DNA of 39,173 nt, taken from contig DKAI01000098.1 of assembly GCA_002450755.1 (NCBI GenBank), positions 1 to 39,173 on the forward strand. Direction: 5' to 3'. Positions 17,283-24,127 of the stretch are shown here, piece by piece (the first letter of the stretch is position 1; every line of letters starts with the position of its first letter). The notes below the pieces were generated by a model. It saw only the letters and a list, made by a program, of their open reading frames with translations. It was not told where the DNA came from and did not search any database. A program made the position numbers and the translations under genes. The stretch is from Deltaproteobacteria bacterium UBA6930. Lineage in GTDB: Bacteria; Myxococcota_A; UBA9160; UBA6930.

Positions 17283-18188
17283 CTATTTTTGTCCAAACGA
17301 AGCTACGCCTCTGCGTATCGTACGAGATATCTCCTCGGGATTGTATTTCGCTCCTAAAAGTCGATTTCTGATTCGTCCTTTCCCATCTACTAAGAACCGC
17401 ACCAGGGTATGTTCAAATTCTCCAGCGCTATTCCCGATCCTCGCAACGCCGAGCGCGGACACCAATCCTTCAATCGTTTTAAGGTCGCCAGTCAGAAACT
17501 GCCAGTTATCAAATTCTGCACCCCGGGCTTTTGCATACTCAGAGAGAGCTTCCGGTGTGTCCCGGCTAGGATCTAAACTTATCGAACAGAAAACAAAATT
17601 GTCTTTGATATCCTCCAGCAAATGACGAACCGATACTCCAACACTGGTCGAGACAGGACACGGACCCGGGCAATTCGTATAAATAAAATCTAAGACTAGA
17701 ACTTTCTTTTCGAAATCTCTGCTATCAATCATTTCTCCGTGCTGGTTAACTAAAGTAAAAGAAGGAAGAAACTCATCTAGAGAAGCTAGTTTGAGAGGTT
17801 CCTTATTTGACGAAACCTTTCCTATTTTGGTTAATGATTGGATAACATAAGCTCGACCGTTGAATAAAAGTTCAAACTCAATCTCGTCACCAGGATTGAG
17901 ACCAGCCAATAGAGAAGGGCTTGCAATATCAAAATTCATGGTCATTGCGGGCATTAAATCTGGAACTTCTTCGTGACTAATAATAATTTGAGCATCTTCA
18001 GAGCGGACTGATTCGACTACTCCTCTAACATTATAAAGTTTCTCATTAGAAGAATCGCAAGCAACAAAGATAAGAAACGAAAATGCAAAAACGTGCAGCG
18101 CTTTCTGCAATCTCCCAAGGAAACAGACTCTAAACAACGAGGGGCCACTCCAATGGTAAACAGACCTCAGGACTTTCTCTTGGCGCAC
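17283..18188 (-). CDS. Lipoprotein fusing a CusF-like copper-binding domain to a SCO1/SenC thioredoxin-like copper chaperone
   Basis: Lipobox FVAC. CusF-like block IIISHEEVPDLMPAMTMNFDI...GDEIEFEL. SCO motif FIYTNCPGPCP with downstream conserved His (EFEHTL). The true start may be TTG at 18110, which gives MQKALHVFAFSFLIFVAC. Confidence 0.82.
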   Translation of the reverse strand: MRQEKVLRSVYHWSGPSLFRVCFLGRLQKALHVFAFSFLIFVACDSSNEKLYNVRGVVESVRSEDAQIIISHEEVPDLMPAMTMNFDIASPSLLAGLNPGDEIEFELLFNGRAYVIQSLTKIGKVSSNKEPLKLASLDEFLPSFTLVNQHGEMIDSRDFEKKVLVLDFIYTNCPGPCPVSTSVGVSVRHLLEDIKDNFVFCSISLDPSRDTPEALSEYAKARGAEFDNWQFLTGDLKTIEGLVSALGVARIGNSAGEFEHTLVRFLVDGKGRIRNRLLGAKYNPEEISRTIRRGVASFGQK

Positions 18189-18191
18189 AAC

Positions 18192-19340
18192 CTACCCGAG
18201 CCCAAGGCGCCGCGAAATAATCACTTTCATAATTTCATTAGTGCCCGCATAAATAGACTGAACAGCCGCATCCGCGTAGTCCATCGCTATCGGATATTCT
18301 TTCATGAAACCATATCCGCCATGGAGCTGTAGGCATTCAGCCGTGACTTTTTTTTGGAGATCGGTTGTCCAGTATTTGGCGCCGCTTACTTCCGTCACAA
18401 TATCTTCACCTTCAACGTGGGAAGCACAAAGTTTATCTACAAACACACGGCCGATTTCAACCTCCGTACTCAACTCGGCCAACTTGAATTGAGTATTTTG
18501 AAAGTCGGCAATCCTTTTACCAAAAGCTTTTCTTTCTTTGACGTAGTTAATCGTATCATCCACTGCCCTTCTACAAGAAGCGACAGAACCAACTCCAACA
18601 ACCAGCCTTTCTTGTTGGAGTTGAGACATCAACATCTTAAATCCCTGACCTTCTGAACCAAGAAGATTCTCCTTAGGTACCCGGCAATCTTCGAAAAAAA
18701 TTTCACTTGTATCTTGTCCAACTAAACCTAACTTGTCTAACTTTCTTCCTCGGACAAAGCCCTTGGCATTCGCGTCAACAAGTAGGAGGCTTATGCCTTG
18801 ATGAGGAGGGCTAGCATCGGGATTAGTCTTCGCAACAACAACGTATAAATCCCCAATTTGACCGTTCGAAATAAAAGTTTTGGAGCCGTTCAGGATGTAA
18901 TCACCCCCATCCGATATAGCGGTAGTTTGAATACTCGCCAGGTCCGATCCAGTGCCGGGCTCGGTCATACAAATTCCCATAATGATTTCGCCTGATATTG
19001 TTCCTGGAAGGTAACGGTTTTTTTGATCGGAATTCCCGTAGGCATTCAAATAAGGGACACAAATATCGGAATGCAAAGGGATGTGAAGGCCGTGGCAACG
19101 AGAATAAGCGAGTTCTTCGATAACGATCGCCGAATAAAGGAAGTCGGCTCCTGCTCCTCCATATTCTTCTGGGAGATTAACTCCAAGAAGTCCTTCTTCT
19201 CCAGCCCGACGCCAAGTTGCTTTGTCACTCATTCCATTTTCATTCATCTTTGGAACTAGTGGCTCAACTTCCTCCCTGATGAAGCGTCGTACCTGCTCGC
19301 GAAAAAGTTCATGCTCTTCGCTAAAAACATCCCGTCTCAT
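18192..19340 (-). CDS. Acyl-CoA dehydrogenase, LCAD/IVD-like catalytic-base arrangement
   Basis: ACAD fold blocks are present (CMTEPGTGSDLA, GSKTFISNG). The C-terminal IYAGTNEI lacks the MCAD-type Glu of YEGT, and an LCAD-like QLQQERL Glu is present. Confidence 0.92.
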   Translation of the reverse strand: MRRDVFSEEHELFREQVRRFIREEVEPLVPKMNENGMSDKATWRRAGEEGLLGVNLPEEYGGAGADFLYSAIVIEELAYSRCHGLHIPLHSDICVPYLNAYGNSDQKNRYLPGTISGEIIMGICMTEPGTGSDLASIQTTAISDGGDYILNGSKTFISNGQIGDLYVVVAKTNPDASPPHQGISLLLVDANAKGFVRGRKLDKLGLVGQDTSEIFFEDCRVPKENLLGSEGQGFKMLMSQLQQERLVVGVGSVASCRRAVDDTINYVKERKAFGKRIADFQNTQFKLAELSTEVEIGRVFVDKLCASHVEGEDIVTEVSGAKYWTTDLQKKVTAECLQLHGGYGFMKEYPIAMDYADAAVQSIYAGTNEIMKVIISRRLGLG

Positions 19341-19342
19341 CG

Positions 19343-20611
19343 TTATTCCTCCCTGTCTTGAATTCTAGCATCAGCTTCGCCGGAAAAGGCTGCGATTCGT
19401 CTACCTTCGCTATGGCGCGGGGGTAATATATCTAACAAACGAGCCGCGCTAGGTGCGACGTCGACCACCCGAGCAGGAGGCACCACTTGCCCTGGTGATA
19501 TCCCTCGTCCCTTCGCATACCAAATTCCGTGCATTTCGGGAAATTTGTGCGGATCGTACCCGTGAGCGCCTCCCATTCGACCAACCAAAGAACCCAGCGT
19601 TGCTAGTCCTCGTTCTACTACCTTACGGGGAGCAAACCTGGCAGGAGGTTCGACTAAAGCTATTACATCTCCGACGCGGTCTGGATGACGAAAACGCAGA
19701 TGCACAGGAAGATCCTTCTTATCGTATGCTGTCACGTGAGGTAAAGAGTTCCAAAGCGTAACTATCTTGTCACGAATCATAAGGTCTTCCACAAACGCAT
19801 GCGCGACTGACGATCCATAAGATACCTTAACCTTAAGACTTTGCTTCTTTAAAATTTTCAAGGGGTCAATCGTCACGTTACTTAACGTCATTCCGTGGTC
19901 ACTAACTATAAACAATGTTAACTTCGACCATAGATTTCTCACATCAATTCCTTCGAGCAATTGAAGCAAATGTCTATCTTGTTCCGCGAGAGCATCAAAC
20001 GATTCTTTAGATTCCGGTCCACTATGATGACCTGCGCGATCATTACCATGCCACCAACTCATTATAAGCCTCGGCCGCTCTTCGGGATCACGATCAAGCC
20101 AACTTAGTATCTGTGAAACTTTTTCCTTCTCACCTACCTTAGATGAGAATGGGCTTCTACGAAATGTCGGCCTATAACCCCGCCAATTCCCTTCTGATCC
20201 AACCCAGAAGAAAGTTGCCGATGGAACACTTTGTCTTTCACAAGCAGCCCAGAGAGGCTCAGCTTGAATCCAAAAAGCATCATTTTCATAAGAAAATTTT
20301 CCTTGAATCCGATCATAGAATTTATTGCCAACTATGCCGTGTCGATCCGCAAAAGTTCCCGTCGCAAGACTCACGTGATTTGGAAACGTGCTAGACGGAA
20401 ATACTGGAAGCAAAGCACGCGCGTATGTACCCTCTTTTCTTAGACGTTCAAATCCTGGTAGACCCATATTATTTACGGCATCGTGGCGCACTCCATCCAT
20501 TGATATAATTATCACGATAGATTTGTCGTTTCCCCCCAAAGAATAAGAAGGGAAGCAAAATAATACTAAGAGCGAAAAAAATGCAAATTTTCTAACTTTC
20601 GCATTTGACAT
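19343..20611 (-). CDS. Secreted nucleotide pyrophosphatase/phosphodiesterase (NPP, alkaline-phosphatase superfamily)
   Basis: N-terminal signal peptide, ISMDGVRHD and the nucleophile block PSSTFPNHVSLATG typical of type I phosphodiesterase/NPP, plus VSDHGM. Confidence 0.85.
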   Translation of the reverse strand: MSNAKVRKFAFFSLLVLFCFPSYSLGGNDKSIVIIISMDGVRHDAVNNMGLPGFERLRKEGTYARALLPVFPSSTFPNHVSLATGTFADRHGIVGNKFYDRIQGKFSYENDAFWIQAEPLWAACERQSVPSATFFWVGSEGNWRGYRPTFRRSPFSSKVGEKEKVSQILSWLDRDPEERPRLIMSWWHGNDRAGHHSGPESKESFDALAEQDRHLLQLLEGIDVRNLWSKLTLFIVSDHGMTLSNVTIDPLKILKKQSLKVKVSYGSSVAHAFVEDLMIRDKIVTLWNSLPHVTAYDKKDLPVHLRFRHPDRVGDVIALVEPPARFAPRKVVERGLATLGSLVGRMGGAHGYDPHKFPEMHGIWYAKGRGISPGQVVPPARVVDVAPSAARLLDILPPRHSEGRRIAAFSGEADARIQDREE

Positions 20612-20621
20612 CTTGTTGCTT

Positions 20622-21050
20622 TCAACGATGCTCGACCACTTCAGGATGACCCGCTTTCGCTAGCTCTTTACGGATTTTATCAGCAGATTCATCTAGCATT
20701 TCTCTAGATGCATTCAAATTTACTCTAGTAAAATCAAAATCACTCATCTGATTTGCACCAAAAACGTGAACGTGAACATGGGGTACTTCAAAACCAGCAA
20801 TCACCACACCAACTCGTCTCATCCCAAATGCATCATGAATACTTTCGCCCACTTTATGTGAAACATTCGTCAGGTGAGCTACCAGGTTGGGTGATAGATC
20901 GAGCCAGTGATCGACTTCCAGTTTAGGCACTACCAAGGTATGACCAGGCGTCAGTGGTTCAATTGTTAAAAACCCTACCGCTTGATCATCTTCCCAAACA
21001 AATCGACCTGGCAGATCCCCTTGAATAATTTGCGTGAACAACGAAGGCAT
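20622..21050 (-). CDS. HIT-family (histidine triad) nucleotide hydrolase
   Basis: N-terminus FTQIIQGDLPGRFVWEDD, GHTLVVPK and the triad HVHVHVF. Confidence 0.92.
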   Translation of the reverse strand: MPSLFTQIIQGDLPGRFVWEDDQAVGFLTIEPLTPGHTLVVPKLEVDHWLDLSPNLVAHLTNVSHKVGESIHDAFGMRRVGVVIAGFEVPHVHVHVFGANQMSDFDFTRVNLNASREMLDESADKIRKELAKAGHPEVVEHR

Positions 21051-21164
21051 TTACGAAATCCTCCATAATCTCCTGATTAAGCCGAACCCTATAGCACCAG
21101 AGAAAAAGCTGAGCTAGAGATTTAAAATCTACTATACCTGATCCGACTATGAGGAACTTACAGT

Positions 21165-21452
21165 TTGGACAAAAGGGAGCAATATAACTTCCAAAACACC
21201 GGTTTTGATAACGAGCACCTTGTTACTCCAGATGGTTTGAGTGTCCGGAGATTCCGTCGCGAATTGGGATGGTCCCGAAAAGACCTCTCTAGATCAATCT
21301 CAATTGCAAGTCTCAGGGCAAACGGCATAGAAGCTTCTCTTACCCCTAATCAAATCTCAGGAATAGAGGAGAATAGTGAACCGATAAAATATTCAGATCT
21401 TTGCCTAGTCGCTTCAGGATTAAACTGTAATCCCATTGAACTACTTTTGTGA
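21165..21452 (+). CDS. Small XRE/Cro-like helix-turn-helix protein (putative)
   Basis: LSVRRFRRELGWSRKDLSRSI...LTPNQISGIEENSEPIKYSDLCLVASGLNCNPIELL follows the HTH_XRE pattern with an insertion. There is no ATG start (TTG at 21165 or 21237) and the RBS is weak, so the coding call is tentative. Confidence 0.45.
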   Translation: MDKREQYNFQNTGFDNEHLVTPDGLSVRRFRRELGWSRKDLSRSISIASLRANGIEASLTPNQISGIEENSEPIKYSDLCLVASGLNCNPIELLL

Positions 21453-21465
21453 GATTACTATTCGC

Positions 21466-22683
21466 TTAGTCGAAACCTAAACCCTCTTGCAAAAATTTCG
21501 TAAAACCTTTCTCCATTCGGAATGTGATATGACCAGTATCACAAATTTTTAGCCGCGAATTTTTCCAATGATCGAGGAGTAGCTTCAATTGAGAGCCCTC
21601 AATAATTAAATCATGTCTAGCCGCAAACACGCTCTTTTTAGTTGCTGCCGGTGCAGGTAACACTAAAGGCGATGTTAGACGCCATAGCTTATTTATATTT
21701 TCCTTCCCCAGTCCATCTCTCATTGCCTTTTTCATCCAGGAAACGGGAGCGTGTGACCATACGGTATCGGCAGGGTTAATTAAAGGAACTCCTAAAACAA
21801 CATTTGGAAGATCTTCTTCCAAAGCAGCGACAACAGAAGCATGGTAAGCCCCCAAAGAAATACCAAACAAACTTGGCGCAATTCCCGTTTGATTCTTTAA
21901 CCACGCAATCCAGCTCCGAATATCGCAAATACTCTGAGTAATTGCATGCAGCGTTACAAGAGCATCCCCCGTAAAAAATCCATCTCCGCTTCGAAAATTC
22001 AGTGCCCTAGGACCATGAAAACTTAAAATCGGGAAAAGTAAGTTAAACCCCATTACAGAGTGCAGAAAATGAGCATCGAACATCCTAAAGTCAAGAAAGG
22101 GGCGACCTAAACCAAACCCGTGCACGCACACCACCCATGGCCGGCTGACTTCTTCATGAACCATTGACCAAGCATGGTTAGTGCGGTGAATTTCTTGCGA
22201 CAGCCAGTTTTCAGAACCTGGAAAAAAAGAGTGAGGGACATAGGTACTGTCGCTTTGAAGGTGCTGATATAATAAACTACCACATTTCTGTTTGGTTGAG
22301 GATACGAACCTTGGTGCGGTAGGACTCTTTCCGTAATAGCCGCGGGGATCATTTTTCCAACCCTCCTTCTCTATTACAGATTCCATTATCGTTAACTCGT
22401 GACGAATCCTGAAAAATTGACTGGGGGCTATCCTTCTCAAACTTATCCGAAAAATACCTAATAATAAGCCGTCTATTCCGGCATGTAGTGACGAGGTTAG
22501 GAGTTCTAAAATGTTTGATCTCTCGAGTAACTTTATTGACTTTCCAAGACCAAGATAGCCTGACAAGATCGTCAACCCGAAACTTACGAAGAGGATTAAA
22601 AAACCTAAGCCTGGGAGAAAAAAAAGAAACGATAAAAAGGATAAAAATATTCCTAAGAGGGAAACCAAAGAAAGAGAGATCAT
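21466..22683 (-). CDS. Membrane-anchored alpha/beta-fold hydrolase of unknown specificity
   Basis: Two N-terminal hydrophobic helices, then VCVHGFGLG (oxyanion HG), nucleophile elbow GISLGAY, and candidate Asp (ARHDLII) and His (DTGHITF). The ATG overlaps the NSS stop (ATGA). Confidence 0.75.
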   Translation of the reverse strand: MISLSLVSLLGIFLSFLSFLFFLPGLGFLILFVSFGLTILSGYLGLGKSIKLLERSNILELLTSSLHAGIDGLLLGIFRISLRRIAPSQFFRIRHELTIMESVIEKEGWKNDPRGYYGKSPTAPRFVSSTKQKCGSLLYQHLQSDSTYVPHSFFPGSENWLSQEIHRTNHAWSMVHEEVSRPWVVCVHGFGLGRPFLDFRMFDAHFLHSVMGFNLLFPILSFHGPRALNFRSGDGFFTGDALVTLHAITQSICDIRSWIAWLKNQTGIAPSLFGISLGAYHASVVAALEEDLPNVVLGVPLINPADTVWSHAPVSWMKKAMRDGLGKENINKLWRLTSPLVLPAPAATKKSVFAARHDLIIEGSQLKLLLDHWKNSRLKICDTGHITFRMEKGFTKFLQEGLGFD

Positions 22684-23987
22684 AGATTCATCACGCTATA
22701 AAAAGCAACTACTGATAGCACTATAGGAACAGGCACACGTATAAGCCAAATCCAAATCATTCGTAATCGAGGGGAGAGGTCAACATTTCTAATAGACTCT
22801 ATAGATTTCCAGCCAACAAAAACCGATAGAGCAAAACCTCCCACGACTAAAAAAAGATTTCCCGCTAATGCATCCATAATGCCAAGAATCTCTATTCTAC
22901 ACGCCGGTGCCAAGCCAACTAAAGAAATCAATACACCACTCAATAATGCTGCTTTTTTCCTCGACCAGGAGAGTAACTCCATTGCACTTGTAACATTAAC
23001 TTCCAGAATAGAAATAGCTGAAGTCAATGCTCCTAAAGAAAGAGCAAGGAAAAACAGAGTTCCTATCCAGTACCCCGAAGATCCCATGGTTTTAAAGGCC
23101 TCTGGAAGAGTTATAAATAGTGCTCCTATGCTACCGACATCATTTTCGGTTCCGACAGTTCCAATAATCTGTGTCGAGAGACCCAGCGCAAAGATCAATG
23201 GAAAGACCATTAAACCTGCAAGAAAAGCAACGCCAAAATCTGCTACGGCAATTACAAGTGCGTGTCGCGTTATTGATTCCTCTTTCTTTAAATAACTTGC
23301 ATACGTTAGAATTGCGCCCATCCCAAGCGATAGACTGAAAAATGCCTGGCCAGCGGCTGCCGTAAATACTTCTATTCGGAGAGCAGCCTTCCAGTTTAAA
23401 TCGAGGTAGTACCGATACCCCGAAGCGGCCCCATCTAACGTAGAGCCATAAAAAGCAATTCCTAATACAACAATGAATAGAATCGGCATCATAATTAAAG
23501 AGGTTCTTTCAATCCCCTTTCGAATACCTGAGGCCACAATAGTGACAGCTATGGCCATAAAGCCTAAATGCCAAATAACCGCTGGAATCCCTTGAGATAT
23601 TTGTTCAAAATGACTCGCGGGATTATCTGGCAACGAACCTACTAAAGATTCCCAACCATACCTCGCTGTCCAACCAGCAATGACGCTATAGTAAGAAAGT
23701 ATTAGGAAGCCAGTAACTACGAACAAAACACCTAGAAGAGACCATCGTTTTCCTCCAAAATGTTTCATCGCGTCAATTGGACCCTTTCCTGCTCCTCTCC
23801 CGACGCTTAGCTCCGCCAATAAGACCGGTATGCCTACAAAAACAGTAAGAGCGATATAAAGGACAAGAAATGCTGCACCGCCGTATTCGGCCGTTAGATA
23901 GGAAAATCTCCACATATTGCCTAGGCCGACCGCGGAACCTATAGCCGCTAGTGCAAAACCAGAACTGCTCGAAAATGTCTCGCGCAT
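22680..23987 (-). CDS. Sodium-dependent transporter of the neurotransmitter:sodium symporter (NSS/SNF) family
   Basis: AAIGSAVGLGNMWRFSYLTAEYGGAAFL N-terminal signature. The protein is polytopic throughout. Confidence 0.92.
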   Translation of the reverse strand: MRETFSSSSGFALAAIGSAVGLGNMWRFSYLTAEYGGAAFLVLYIALTVFVGIPVLLAELSVGRGAGKGPIDAMKHFGGKRWSLLGVLFVVTGFLILSYYSVIAGWTARYGWESLVGSLPDNPASHFEQISQGIPAVIWHLGFMAIAVTIVASGIRKGIERTSLIMMPILFIVVLGIAFYGSTLDGAASGYRYYLDLNWKAALRIEVFTAAAGQAFFSLSLGMGAILTYASYLKKEESITRHALVIAVADFGVAFLAGLMVFPLIFALGLSTQIIGTVGTENDVGSIGALFITLPEAFKTMGSSGYWIGTLFFLALSLGALTSAISILEVNVTSAMELLSWSRKKAALLSGVLISLVGLAPACRIEILGIMDALAGNLFLVVGGFALSVFVGWKSIESIRNVDLSPRLRMIWIWLIRVPVPIVLSVVAFYSVMNL

Positions 23988-24127
23988 TAGCTACCCACCT
24001 CTTATCAAAGTTAACCTATTTTCCCGGATCTTCATGCTGAGCGTTTTTACAGAATCTAAATATACCTATCTCTCCAACTAGAGCCTCTATTAGCTTACAC
24101 TGACTATTATATAACTGGAGAAAAGCA

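Noticed and set aside
21165-22683. Toxin-antitoxin or defence-type reading of the small HTH ORF next to the hydrolase.
   Set aside because: The two genes are convergent rather than an operon. The hydrolase is translationally coupled to the NSS transporter instead, and no toxin-like fold is recognisable.
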